NCBI GenBank assembly: GCA_951406725.2
Contig: OX597823.1
Span: 44,392,001-44,456,000 of the forward strand
Direction of reading: 5' to 3'
Origin: Octopus vulgaris
Taxonomy: Eukaryota
Length of the DNA: 64,000 bases
In this document: piece after piece, positions 40,860-53,790 of the stretch
How the letters are laid out: every line of letters begins with the position of its first letter
Numbering within the stretch: the first letter of the stretch is position 1
The notes under the pieces: model-generated
What the model was told of the DNA's origin: nothing
Database searches by the model: none
What the model saw: only the letters and a program-made list of their open reading frames with translations
Translations under genes and position numbers: made by a program

Positions 40860-41340
40860 GACGTCACAATCTTACAGCTGGACCTAAGCTCAATATACAA
40901 GTGGGCTAAAATAAACAACATGCAGTTTAATGCTGGAAAATTTCAAACACTGCACTATCAACTCAGTACAAACACAGTATGATCTACATTTACAGGACCC
41001 GAAGGCTCTATAATCCCAGAGTCACATGCAGTGAAAGACTTGGGGATCAGTATGTGCAATGATACATCATTTCATATGCACATATGCAAGGTGGCAGCAA
41101 AGTGCAGACAACTGGTAGGATGGATACTGAGGTCCTTCAAGACAAGAGACCAAGAAACTATGTTGACCCTGTAGAGAACCTTTGTTCTCAGCTACCTGGA
41201 CTAGTGTTCCCAGTTATGGTCACCACATAGTGCCAAACTAACAGTGGAGCTTGAAGCAGTGCCACTACACTAAAAAGATTGAAACAGTGCAGTGAATAAG
41301 CTATAGGGATAGGCTGAGAAAACTACAGCTCTACTAGTGA
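40860..41340 (+). mobile_element. CR1/L2-like LINE RT C-terminal fragment
   Basis: WAKINNMQFNAGKFQ...VKDLGI.......H........LVGWILRSF..R....L..LD*CSQLWSP. Confidence 0.7.
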
Positions 41341-41695
41341 GCAAGGGCTTTTCAGTTGTCAAGTTGGAAGTCACTGACTTGTTCTTGTTCTGCTTACCTT
41401 ATATTTCTTCAAGTTAGTTCAAATTACCTTGATTATTGATATATCCATTGTAATGATAGAGGCATTATCTATATATGTACACACTGATTTATTGAGTCTC
41501 ATTCTTGCTGTAAATTGAATCTTGCTGTAAATTGAATCTACAGAAGCTGTGAAGAGAAGAGTAGGTCTTGATGGTATCCACTCATGGTAATGAACTGTTC
41601 TGGAAGATGGCCATTTATGCTGACCACCAAGGAGATATTGAGTTATAATAAGTTTTGTAGCCTCTGAAGGCAAGATGCATGCTAGCTGTACTTAA

Positions 41696-41897
41696 CTCTT
41701 TAGCATTTAAACCAACAATATCTTGCCTATTTTATGTCAAAACTGGCCAGACCCATCCCCTGACACCTACAATATTGTCGTAAAAATAAACAATCACGTC
41801 ATTGAAATCTTGCAGTTACTAGATAATGTTATGATTAATTCAAAACAATGTAAATAAATAAGCATTACATTTGATAGAGTAATCTGAATGCTAAAGT
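41696..41897 (+). mobile_element. piggyBac-type MITE copy (degenerate ends)
   Basis: Homologous to 23010-23209. Confidence 0.7.
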
Positions 41898-42261
41898 TCA
41901 TGTAGTTGCTTTTGAATTATTTGTATGTATTAAAGCTGCATGGAAGGTTGATCTTCTTTCCTTCTCACTGGTGTAACTGCACAAAAACCTTCCTGGAATT
42001 GCACAGGTTTTGGTTTCAAATTTTAACACAAGGCCAGCAGGTTTGGGGTAGGGGCCAAATTGACTTAATGGACCATGGTGTTCAACTGGTGCTTATTTTA
42101 TTGACCCCAAAAGGATGAAAGACAAAGTCGACCCCAGCAGAATTTGAACTCAGAACATACAGATAGACAAAATGCTGCACAGCATTTCACCCAGCATGGT
42201 AATGATTCTGCCTGCTTGCCACCTGCCGCTGGGAGATACAACATGTCACTTTGGGGCTTAA

Positions 42262-42477
42262 CCCATTAGAATTTAAACCAGCCATATCTGGCCAAAAGTA
42301 TCGTGCCTGTTTTATGTTCAAACTGGCCAGATCTGGTCTCTCAGACCAACCCTACAATATTGTTTTAAAACAGCTACCTCATAAGAATCTCATAACTACA
42401 AGATAATGCATGATTCGTTCAAAACAATGTAGATGAAGAAGCATTAATTTTGGCAGAATAATGTGAACACTAAAGGA
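42262..42477 (+). mobile_element. piggyBac-type MITE copy
   Basis: TTAA flanks; homologous to 23010-23209. Confidence 0.75.
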
Positions 42478-43177
42478 TTAAACTGACATGCCTTCTTATA
42501 TATGTCATATCAAAGTTTTGTTACATTGTTTCTCTGTTACTTATACTCATTCAATTGCTTTCATAACCTCATGTTTTAGAACATGTATCATAGCTCAGTC
42601 AATGTATCCTTTTTGTTAAAAAATAGTTAAGCTGTTTTAGCTACAAACACATATTCAATACTATCCTTTCTATAAATGCCTTCTATTCTGTCAGTTCCTA
42701 CTCGAGTTGAGAAATTTTTTTAATATTGAAAAGTCTATACTAATTCTAACAAGGTTCTTATCTAGTTTTCTTTTTCAACCTCAACCACTTAATTAGTTCA
42801 TCAATCCAGTTCCTACTTAAATAATTTAGTTTAATCAATCACTATATACTTTCCATTTGAGAAATGAGACATTTTAGCTTTCAATTTAATTGGGTCTGTG
42901 TTTGAAACATCAAATCTAAATTGATTATACATATCTAAAACTTGTGTTTTTATTTTTAGCTAACAACATAAAATTGCATGCTCGTACACCATACTTATCA
43001 GCTAACCTAATTATCATATCAAGCTACACTTTTCCGTTGTTTCATTGTAACTTACAATGGGGAAATTTGGAAGAATTGTAGCAAGGTCATATCCTTGAAA
43101 ATTTCCATGCCTTCTGAAATTTGCCAACAGTGCACCTGACGACCCCTCCCCCTCCCCATCATCATCATCATCATTAT

Positions 43178-43500
43178 TAAGGTGGCGAGCTGGCAGAACT
43201 GTTACAGTGCTGGGTGTTTGTCTGCTGATATGTTTTAAGTTCAAATTACCATGAGTGACCTAAATAATATTAATAATAATAATAATTATAGTAATGATAA
43301 TAATAATAATAATAATAATAATGATAGCATCGGAAAGTACCTTAGGAATGAGAACCCAGATTCAAAATTTCCCCCAAGACACCTGATGAAGGCTGGAGGG
43401 TATATCAGCTGAAACATTGTGTTGACAAACAAGATGAGGATAAGTATCCATCGAATGTAAATAATGTTAATAATTCCTCATCTCTTAAATATAGAACTGT
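43178..43500 (+). mobile_element. Composite element: tRNA-SINE head, (AAT)n, then Penelope terminal repeat with hammerhead motif
   Basis: Head aaggtggcgagctggcagaa...gttcaaatt, then gtgacctaaataat, then sequence nearly identical to 57805-57956 containing acac-CTGATGA-aggctgg...tcagct-GAAAC-att-gtgt. Confidence 0.7.
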
Positions 43501-43750
43501 ATAATATATGTTTCAACACACGAACTCGTATAAAGAATCTTGCAAACCAAATCTCAAAACAAGTTAATAATAGGAGTTATTTCCCCGTTTGCATACTTTT
43601 GAGAAAACCCTCGGGATTGTGGATGTGTGTGTGTATATGTGTGCACACACGCACACACACGCATGAGCACAATTATGTCATACCAACTTAAGAAAAGGAC
43701 ACATTGGATAATGTCATCTCGACAGGTTTTTATTACAATGTATGCTTTAA

Positions 43751-43971
43751 CCCTTTAGTGTTCAGATTACTCGGTTAAATGTAATACTTTTTCACTTAAA
43801 TTGTTTTGAATTAATCATGCATTATCTTATAGCTTTGAGGTTTCAATGATGTGAATGTTTATCTTTAGAATGTCAATGTAGGTTAGGTGTGAGAGGCTGG
43901 ATATCACCAGTTTGAATATAAAACATGTATAATATATTGGGCCGGATGTGGCCGGTTTAAACACTAAAGGG
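43751..43971 (-). mobile_element. piggyBac-type MITE (TTAA TSD)
   Basis: TTAA-CCCTTTAGTGTT ... AACACTAAAGGG-TTAA. Confidence 0.85.
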
Positions 43972-45375
43972 TTAATATTCTTTGACTAGTTTCAGTCATT
44001 GCTCTGTAGCCATTTTGGAGTCCCGCTGACAAGAGCAGAAATTAGTCATGTCAACCTCACTATATTTTTTAGCCTGACATTTGCTTTTATCACTCTCTTT
44101 ATTGAACAACTAAGTTATGCGTGTGTGTGTGTCTGTGGGTATTGGGCTAAAAATGATTGGTTGGGTTGCTAAGGTGACTTAGCCATTTATTAATTAAAGA
44201 ATGATAGAATAAGTACCAGATTGAAATACATAGTGGGATTTGATATTGGTTTAAGCCTTCAACAGTGGCGCTGTTGATGTTGTGTCATTTCTTGACTCTT
44301 CCCTTGTTATTCAGGAGCTTAACTTGCTAGATATAACAAATAATCATCATCATCATCATCATCATCATCATTTAACGTCCGATTTCCATGCAGGCAGGGG
44401 TTGAACAGTTTGACTGGAGCAGGCCAGCTGAAGAGCTACCTGGGCTCCATGCTGGATGCCCTTTCTAATTACCAACTTTACAGTGTACTGGGTGCTTTTT
44501 ATGTGGCACCAGCACCTGTGAGCCTGCAAGATTAATTGCTCAGCTGAAGAGAGATGCAGGAGACATGCCTGTATGCAAGGACAACCACGGTTTTTAATCT
44601 TCTCAAATTCTGATTAACTAGATATAGCAAGTAAATCTTTTCAAATTACACTTTCCTATCTTAAAAACAAAAAATTAAGGAAGGACACATTAGATAATGT
44701 TCTTGATACACTATGTCCAAATAAATGACAATATTATCATAGCCTGAATGTTTTTAATCATAGGTTTTTCCATTCAGGGTTAACTTGACATTAGATATCT
44801 AACAGGTTTATCATTCAGTTTCATAGATGCTTAATTGACAAAAATCATCATAATTTTATATCAGCTTTGCTGTGCTGGCATGGTTGAATGGTTCTTTTAT
44901 GGCATAATACCTTGCCACTTGTTGCAGTCTCTGATCATCTGTCTCCTTCATGAAATTAAGCATTCTGAGATCAGGCTGCACACCATTCTTTCCATATCCT
45001 ACTCGTTTGCAGACTCCTTCCACTCGTATCACTTGACCTTTAATGAAAATACTCTCTGTCATATACATTGCATGTCTATACCAGCATAGTTTTCTGCCTT
45101 GTACACTACAGCTGATTACTACAACTTAGATTTTGTGAATGTGGCAATTATTGCATCATGCCATCTTGGGAGTATTGTGTTGAGTTGGTTGATGAATGTG
45201 ATTCCTGGATGTTGTATTGTGTCTTCCGATGTATGTGTGTCTGATGAGTGCTCATGTATTGCTGTTGTGTAATAAATTTTCTCAATGACTCTTTAATATT
45301 GTTAAGTTCACTTTTATCTCTGATTAATTTATTTAACTCTAATATTTTTTTTTCTTACTTCGCAGAATACCAAAG

Positions 45376-48300
45376 ATGTCATCCCACAGCCAAGTATCAG
45401 AGCAACTATTGACCTACTTGGAGACAAAAAGCAATGGTCGAACTGTGCTTACTGTTCCAGATGGCAAATACAAGGGTTGGCTACCCAAGTCTTTGTACTC
45501 CTTGGAGCTGGATGAACTCTATCTCCCATTTATGCGATTGTACACCTTCCCTGTACGCGGCAGTAGTCTAGGTTCTCTAACTAGCTTAAAAGTTTTCCAT
45601 GCTGTTGGCAACTACCTCCAAACTATTCCAAACTGTTTTACTCAAATTTCTGAATTACAGAAATTAAACCTTAGTTATAACAACCTCTCAGAGCTATCAC
45701 AGTCTATTTTCAAACTAACCAGTTTGGTTGAGCTAAACCTGTGTGAGAACAGCGTTGAAAGGCTACCGCCGGAAATCGGAGAGCTTAAGAATCTGCGCCA
45801 TCTGAATATCGGTGGAAATCTGTTGTCCGAAGTTCCGGAACAAATGAGTCAATGCAAGAAGTTGCAGATTCTTAATCTGTCTGGAAAGTGGAGTCCGCGA
45901 GGTGGATTACGGACGTTACCAATTTCAGTGTGCAATTTGCCAGAACTGCTCACCCTTGACTGCAGTTGGCACCAAATTGACACACTCCCTGATGAAATTG
46001 GTAATTTAAAAAAGCTGAAAATTCTTAGCTTGCGTGGAAATCACTTAAAATATATATCTGAAAAAATTGCTGATTGTACTAATTTGCAAGAACTTCATCT
46101 TACTGCCGCTATGCGGTTTATTCCTAAAATACCTGTAGCTTTGCTTAACCTCAAGAGTTTAGTTAAACTGAATATAAGTGGCAATTATTTTACTACTATA
46201 CCTCCTGAAATTAGTGGATTAGAAAATTTGAAAGTATTTCTCATGCAGAAAAATGCTTTACTCCAATTGCCTGAAGAATTCTTCAATCTTCAGCAGTTGG
46301 AGGAAATTGAACTGTCAGACAATTATCTTGAAACAATTCCTGGTAGTATTAGAAGGCTTCATGTTTTACGAAAATTGAGTGTGTGCAATAATAGACTAAA
46401 ATCTTTGCCTAATGAAATATCTAGTTGCCAGTCGCTTCAGTCACTCAATTTAGCTCACAACTTGCTTGAAGAAATTCCGGACACGTTCCACCGACTTGAC
46501 AACTTAGACTTTTTGAACTTGACAGAAAATAAACTCAAGCGCTTGCCTCTCCTCTTAGACCAGCTTACTGGCCTTGAGAAAACAAATGGCATTTTCTTGC
46601 AAGGCAATTATTTGGTAAAACCACGGCAGGAAATATGTGATCAAGGTGTGGGGGCATTGTTTAAATACTTGAAAGAAATTCGAGTTAGTGAGGCAAACCA
46701 TCGGAGAAAGATGATTCTTACTGGTGCTGTGAAGGCTGGAAAAACCAGCTTACGAAATGCATTGCTTTTGGGCCGATCACGATTAACTGCAGATGATGAA
46801 CGAACGTGGGTATTGGAACGCCATCTCTGGGAACCTGAAGAAAGCTTACGGGTACAGATTCTTGATTTTGGTGGGCATCATATTTATTCTGCTGCTCATC
46901 ATATGTTTCTTACCTCAGAAGCTTTGCACATTCTTGTTTTTGATCTGAATGTGTTTTCTTGTGATCCTGAATCCTATGACTTTAGGATCGGAGATTGGCT
47001 GGAAGGAATTCTGGACAGAGCACCAGGAGCATCTATTCATTTAGTTGGAACTCACGCTGATCTTTGTAATGAGAATGAAATAGCAGAGAAGAAGGCTTAC
47101 ATCCTGGAGAAGATGCATTCTGAAGAGAACACGAAGATTGATAATCTTCGTATGGAAATAAATCAACTGAAAGAGAAGTTAGAAAGTACGCAGAGACAAG
47201 ACACTGGCAAGAGTGGTTTTTCAGATTTCGATGTTGAACGAGATTCTGAGAAATTAAGTCACCTGCAGCGTATGGTAAATACCCGAGTGATATTACCTGA
47301 TGATATTTCAACAGTCAGTTGTGCAGATGATCTTGTCGGCATTAATGAATTTGTTGATAAAGTCATCACTACATTGAAAGAATCAGAACAGCGGCCTCTT
47401 CCAAAGTCTTGGTATAGTTTCTTAATTGAGCTGCAGCAACGAGAAGAGAAAATACTTCAATGGAATGATACATTAAAGATTTTTACTGATCTCATGAAAA
47501 GCTTAGGCCAGTCAATGATTAGCATGGAAGGGTCTCCTGAAAAAAGTTTGCAAGTTATTTTAAAATATTTTCATGCAACTGGAGAAATCATTTGGTACTA
47601 TGACAATCCTAAGCTCAATAAGCTTGTATTCCATCGACCAGAGACACTGATTGATATGTTGCGCTCAATATTTCGGCATGATTTTGAGGATATTATGGTG
47701 TATCATCGACATTTGGGCTTGAAAGTGAACATGACTGAGGAACAATTTAGAAATGCCAAGCAACTTTTCCTTCATGAAGGAATGATGTCAGTTGAACTTC
47801 TTCGCTATACTCTTTGCCACTTTCAACTTGATGTCAGTGCTCTTGAGACATTTACCTCACTCATGTTAAAGTTTGATCTTTGCTATGAGATACCCATTAA
47901 TGAGATTAATGTCTCGTTACTGGACTACACCCGATTACTTTTATTTCCTTGGTTCTTACCTGATGTCTCACCAGCAAATCTTGCCTCAAAGTGGCCTACT
48001 CAGGTCCCTAAGGACACTGTACAGCTCACAATTCAGTTTCAATTTCCAAAGAAGGGTCCACCAAATTTCTTTGAAAAAGTTTCTGTTCGTTTTCAGAACT
48101 ATGTATCTTACTGCGATGGTTGGCGCAATGGTATCTATGCTAGATACAATTTGAGTAAATGTTTGCTGCAGAAAGATAAGAAAGAATTGAATGGTCAAAA
48201 TATGATGCTAGTTACTCTGTCTGTACGAGGCAGTGATATGCAAGAACTCTGGAGTCTCATTCACATGACTTGGCAAGACATGCTTGGTCTTCTACATGAG

Positions 48301-48487
48301 TGGCCATTTGCACTTGTTGACATAAAGCTACTTTGCTCGCATTGCATCATGACAGGAAATGAGGATCCATACCAGTTCTCAGGGAAAGTTTTGGAACGTC
48401 GCTGCCCCAAGGGAGTCTACCACGTGCAGTGCCCTAATCAAAAAGATTGTCCCATCCCTGCTTGTTTTGTCTACTTCCTTGATCCAG
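45376..48487 (+). CDS. MFHAS1: ROCO protein, MFHAS1/MASL1-like, coding exon 1: ~16 LRRs, Roc GTPase, COR, Cys-rich C-terminal region
   Basis: Part of the 1057-aa ORF. LxxLxLxxNxLxxLP repeats span ~45500-46620. Roc motifs: P-loop GAVKAGKTS, DFGG, VGTHAD, TVSC. The segments VGTHADLC..E..EK, LPKSW and LL.EWP....I.LLCS.C...G...P..F.G..L....P.GV....CP resemble vertebrate MFHAS1 as I recall it. Acceptor ttcttacttcgcAG ends at 45365; donor CAG|GTAAGA follows 48487 (phase 1). Confidence 0.93.
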
Positions 48488-48968
48488 GTAAGATAGTCAT
48501 TATCAATATTCTTTTTTATTTTTTCATATCTAACTTTTCTTTTCAGTAAAATTACCTTTTTCAAGAATTCTCTTTTATTTTTCATACTTTCATTAACCTT
48601 GATTCTCTTGAGTCAAACCAGACCATTTCAGTAACAATTTATTGTATTGTTCCTTTGACCACATTATCTGAAAAGGGTCTCCTTACCTGTTGCTTTCCCC
48701 CAATCCACAACATTTAAGGATTTCTCACATTGGTGTACAAAGCTGATATTTCATAGTTAAAGGTTAACAGTCAATAAGATCAATGTCTCAGGTTGAAAAA
48801 TAAATACTATCAGGCATTTTAGTTGATGCTTTACTGTTTCTGACACTTCTTATGTACTAATCTAATACATAGTTTTTTAAATCAAATTTTGACAGAATCC
48901 AGACTAGCAGAAGTTCTGTTATTATTATAATGGGTTATGGATATTTTTTTTCCCGTTCTTGTTTGATT

Positions 48969-48969
<1 letters not shown>

Positions 48970-49013
<44 letters not shown>

Positions 49014-49386
49014 TTGTGTGTATGTATGTATATTGATATATGTGTGTATGTATGTATATTGATATATGTGTGTATGTATGTATATTGATATATGTATATA
49101 TGTGTACATATGTATGCATAAATATATATGTATATATATATGTACATATATATATATATATATAAGTGTATATATATGTATATATATAGGTGTATATATA
49201 TGTATATATATATATGTGTATATATATATGTACATATATAGGTGTATATATATGTATATATATATATATATATAGATGTGTATATATATGTATATATATA
49301 TATATATATAGATGTATATATATATGTATATATATATATGTAAATATATAGATATACATGTGTATATATGTATATACATATGTATT

Positions 49387-49458
<72 letters not shown>

Positions 49459-49468
49459 CGTATATATA
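48970..49468. repeat. Compound (TA)n/(TG)n microsatellite
   Basis: Direct reading. Many similar tracts at ~3200-3500, 3800-4000, 11205-11345, 30700-30760, 34060-34170 and 52560-52620. Confidence 0.95.
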
Positions 49469-49667
49469 CATCATCATCATCATCGTTTAGCGTCCGTTTT
49501 CCATGCTAGCATGGGTTGGACGGTTCTACTGGGGTCTGTGAAGCCAGAAGGCTTCATCAGGCCCAGTCAAATCTGGCAGTGTTTCTACGGCTGGATGCCC
49601 TTCCTAACGCCAACCACTCCGTGAGTGTAGTGGGTGCTTTTTACGTGCCACCCGCACTGGTGCCAGT
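49469..49667 (-). mobile_element. RTE 3'-end fragment
   Basis: catcatcatcgtttagcgtccgttttccatgctagcatgggttggac..., nearly the same as 23834-24010. Confidence 0.8.
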
Positions 49668-49689
49668 ATATAACTTTTTAGTAGAAGAA

Positions 49690-50750
49690 AGAATTAGGTA
49701 GTGTTCAGATGTACAAAGTCGCAGTATTTATCTGGGGGATGAAAGGGTCAGGCGTGGGATAAAATTTTCCATCTAATTTTAAAACTAATAATCTTATCTT
49801 TTAATTCCTAGATACATTTACATTGAGTAGTCGAAGAGCGTTTATTCGAATTACAGAAAGGCAGTTCGTGGTTCACCACTCTGTCTTTAATTAAGCTTGT
49901 ACAACAGCCTATATAAAAGAAGTGTTTACCGCCAGTTTCAAGTATGGCTTGGTATACTACATTTTTTCTTGTGTAGTGATTATTGAATTTACATTGTTTA
50001 TTAATTCTGCAATCGCAAAAATCACTAATATTGTCACTGGGAATCTGTGGGTTGGGGCGAGTGATCTCCCCTTGATGGTTAAGTAAAGAAAGAGTATTAG
50101 AATTATTTCGGGGTAGATATGGAATGTATTTAGCGTAAAGTTCATCTAGTTTACCTGAATTTGGAGATGATATGTATCTAAATAAATATCACAAACAACT
50201 GCTGTGGAGTAATTCACTATATTTGTTTTTATTTATATTGAAGTGTCTATTTATTATCCTGTGTATTATAATGATTAGATTAGATTTTACTTGTTTGACA
50301 AAGGGCAAAATTAGCCGTATAACATTTTTGTTATATTATTACTAGTATTTGGATTATGATAGCTATCCATTATGGATTTAATATAAGGTATGTAGTTTTT
50401 ATTTCTGTTAACAATGTGTGTAGTATTGGATTTGTTATTATAATGATTTATGGGTGGACATATGTTCTTATTGGCTATGGTGGAGGCTGAAATATTGTTT
50501 CTATCCATGTGATTATCATCATAACTAGGCTTGTGTTTAGTATTCCTAGGGTGTATGGTATGCATGTTTCTTATGTTATTGTTTGTATAGGTATTGGTAC
50601 AGGTCCTGAGGTCTATTTTCTTAGGTCGTGTTATGTCATTTTGATGTTGTTTGATTCTATTCGATATACATTTATTTTGCAACCTATTAACTATGTTATA
50701 GGTATTTATTGCGTTATTCAGTGGTTGGGTCATTAGGTTTAGTAATTAAG
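49690..50750 (-). mobile_element. Decayed Penelope-like element (GIY-YIG endonuclease)
   Basis: Minus strand encodes VVYQAILETGGKHFFYIGCC....KDRV.NH...F followed by ELKDK....KIRWKIL; the upstream limit is uncertain. Confidence 0.7.
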
Positions 50751-51299
50751 TTACGCTTAATAGGCGTTGTGTGGTAAGTAGCTTGCTTACCAACCACATG
50801 GTTCCGGTTTCAGTCCCACTGCGTTGCACCTTGGGCAAGTGTCTTCTACTATAGCCTTGGGCCAACCAAAGCCTTGTGAGTGGATTTGGTAGATGGAAAC
50901 TGAAAGAAGCCCATCGTATATATATATATATATATATATACATAGTAGAAGACACTTGCCCAAGGTGCCACGCCTGTGTATATATATATATATACACAGT
51001 GGGGGGAATAAATATTCATACACGTGAAAATTCTTTATTTATTTAATTTCTAATGAACATAAATGGGATTATACCAATACTATATTTGCATACACATGCA
51101 TAAACTAAGAATATGCAAAAGAAACTAATAAATTATAGTAACTAATGAATTTATATACAATTATAAATATTTAGGGGTGAAAAAAGTATTCATACAGAAT
51201 AAATTTATGATTTTCTATGCCACAAAATACTACTAAAATAATTTTTTTTTTACTAGAACTTTCTCGTTTGTTCCAATAATTTTATCAGTTGTCATTTTT

Positions 51300-52048
51300 A
51301 AGTGTCAATGTCATTGGGCATATACAACAGTGTAAGCATCTCGAGACAGAAAATTTGGGTGTAAGAGTTATCAGATGTGGTGCGCAAATGAGATGACTGT
51401 GCTGGTATGGCCATGTAATGCATATGGATGAGGACAGCTGTGTGAAGAAGTGCTGATCTCTAACTGTGAAGGGAACTTGTGGAAGAGGTAGACCCAAGAA
51501 GACATGGGATGAGGAGATGAAGCATGATCTTTGAACATTAGGCCTCACAGAGGCAATGACAAGTGACTGAGGCCTTTGGCAATATGCTGTGCTTGAGAAG
51601 ACCTGATGCCAGTGTTGTGTTACTGTCACTATTGTTGGTGGCACATAAAAAGCACCCTCTGAATGTTGGGTAGTATGCTGTGCTTGAGAAGACTCGTCAC
51701 ATACCTGGCACACTGTGCTGGTGGCATGTAAAAAGCACCCTTCGAACTTTGGGCCTCACAGAAGCAGTGGCAAATAATTGAGACCTTTGGCAATATACTG
51801 TGCTTGAGAAAACTTGTCAAACCAAGTGAGATCGCAGTCATGGTCAAAGCCAGTGTTTTGTAACTGGCACCTATGCCAGTAAAAAGCAACCACTCTTAGA
51901 GTGGTTGGCATTAGGAAGGGCATCCAGCTGCAGAAACCATGCCAAATCAGAGTGGAACCTGGTGCAGCTCCCCAGCTTACCTGTTTTCAGTCAAAACTGT
52001 CCAACCCATGCCAGCCTGGAAAACAGACATATGATGATGATGATGATA
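51300..52048 (+). mobile_element. Decayed RTE LINE 3' portion
   Basis: RLCWYGHV...CVKKC...GRGRPKKTW, followed by the 3' UTR and gatgatgat tail. Confidence 0.8.
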
Positions 52049-52339
52049 ATATTTTGCAGACGAGAAAGTAAATTTCTAACTCAGTAATGCTGTACAGACA
52101 ACAGAGAAAGACTGGTTATTTACCTTTACAAGATGGAAAAAAAAGTTGCCAGAAGGTGGCTACAGTACTCAAACCCATACCCCTCAGATACTGGCTGAGT
52201 GCTTTAAGCATTAAGCTAAACAGTCCCCAATAACAGTTACTGTCAAATTTAATACTAAATTATAGCTTACATACACATTTCTACATACATGTACTTGCAC
52301 ATAAATTCATAGATATACACATACACATAACATATATTA

Positions 52340-52370
<31 letters not shown>

Positions 52371-52562
52371 TACATACACGTACACACGCAAATGCATGCA
52401 TTTATATACATGTATATTGAAAGATTTCCCTCGATTTCTTCATGTTTTTGAAACACTTTAATTGACAAAGGATGCATTTCCTATAATATATTATGCAAAC
52501 CTGAAATGTATGTAGCAAATGATTTTAAAATATCACTATTTGGCTTGACTTCATTATTACAG

Positions 52563-52612
<50 letters not shown>

Positions 52613-53052
52613 ATGTATACATACAGGAAGACATGGGATGATGTGGTGAGGACCAATCTCAGGATGTTGGGGCTCACAGAGGCAATGACAATGGACCGAG
52701 ATGTCTGGTGATATGAGATTCTAGAGGAGACCTGCTCACATCAATGAAACTGAGTTCTAGAAGCATTGTGTTCTACCCACATGTAACAATAAAATTTTCA
52801 TACACCCTACCCTGACGAACCAAACTGCATTGCCTCTCTTTCTCACATTTCCTCTTCATACACTATGATTATCTCCCACTCCTCAATTCTGTCCTCACTA
52901 CCCTGCTCACTGTATCATTGCTTTCCCCACCCCTACTCCCTACTCAATTATGCCTGCTTGGCAATACTCTGCCATGTATATTATGACCTCTATATCTTGC
53001 GGGGTATGCTCTGGCACCTGCCATCATTTATCTCTCTTGTCCTTACTCTACC

Positions 53053-53285
53053 TATTTCTTTAATACCCACAAGGGGCTAAACACAGAGAGGACAAACAAG
53101 GACAGACAGATGGATAAAGTCGGTTATATCAACCCCAGTGCGTAACTGGTACTTATTTAATTGACCCCGAAAGGATGAAAGGCAAAGTCAGCCTTGGCGG
53201 AATTTGAACTCAGAATGTAATGGCAGACGAACAACGGCTACGTATTTTGCCCGGCGTGCTAACGTTTCTGCCAGCTCGCCGCCTT
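53053..53285 (-). mobile_element. tRNA-derived SINE with 18-bp TSD
   Basis: TSD tcttgtccttactctacc; head aggcggcgagctggcagaa and B-box gagttcaaattcc on the minus strand. Confidence 0.88.
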
Positions 53286-53399
53286 TCTTGTCCTTACTCT
53301 ACCATCCCATCTATGTCTCATCCCTGTCTTTAGCGAGTATACCCTGCCCCTTTGCCACCTTCTCTCTCCTGCACTCTCTTGCTTCTCCCTCTCTCCTCC

Positions 53400-53790
53400 C
53401 CCCTCTCTCTCTCTCTTTCCCATACATTCCCTCTGGCTGGGTAACCATGTATCTCCTCTACAGCAGCACACCTGTTTTCTGCCCGCGTCCTTGATCACTC
53501 TCTCTCCCTCTCTCTTTCTCTCCCACTCCTGGGTAACCATGTACCTCTTCTACAGCAACACATCTGTTTCTGTTCTCATTCTTGATCACTCTCTCTCCCT
53601 CCTTCTCTTGCTCTTCTCTCTGGCTAGATAACCATATATCTCCTTTACAGCAGTACACCTGTTTCTGCCCTCTTTCTTGTTAACTCTTTCTCTCTCTGTC
53701 TCCCTTGTTAACTGTCTCTCTCTCTCTTTCTCTGGCTGGGTAACCATGTACCTCCTCTACAGCAAGACATCTGTATCAGTCTCTTTGTCT
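53400..53790 (+). repeat. Degenerate tandem repeat (~75-100-bp units) within an RTE-type 3' region
   Basis: About 4 copies of ctgggtaaccatgtacctcctctacagca...cacctg. Confidence 0.7.

Noticed and set aside
48488-48549. C-terminal KIVIINILFYFFISNFSFQ of the 1057-aa ORF, which looks like a membrane anchor
   Set aside because: It lies after a strong CAG|GTAAG donor and is T-rich intron read-through; kept only as a possible minor isoform.
48882-49624. Long Y/I/T/H-rich ORFs (also at 3021-4065, 11174-11402, 30607-30941, 33955-34401, 38814-39075)
   Set aside because: Translations of (TA)n, (CA)n and (TATG)n microsatellites.
50311-50733. 140-aa N/T/I-rich minus-strand ORF
   Set aside because: Low complexity, no recognisable domain; probably part of the decayed Penelope-like element.
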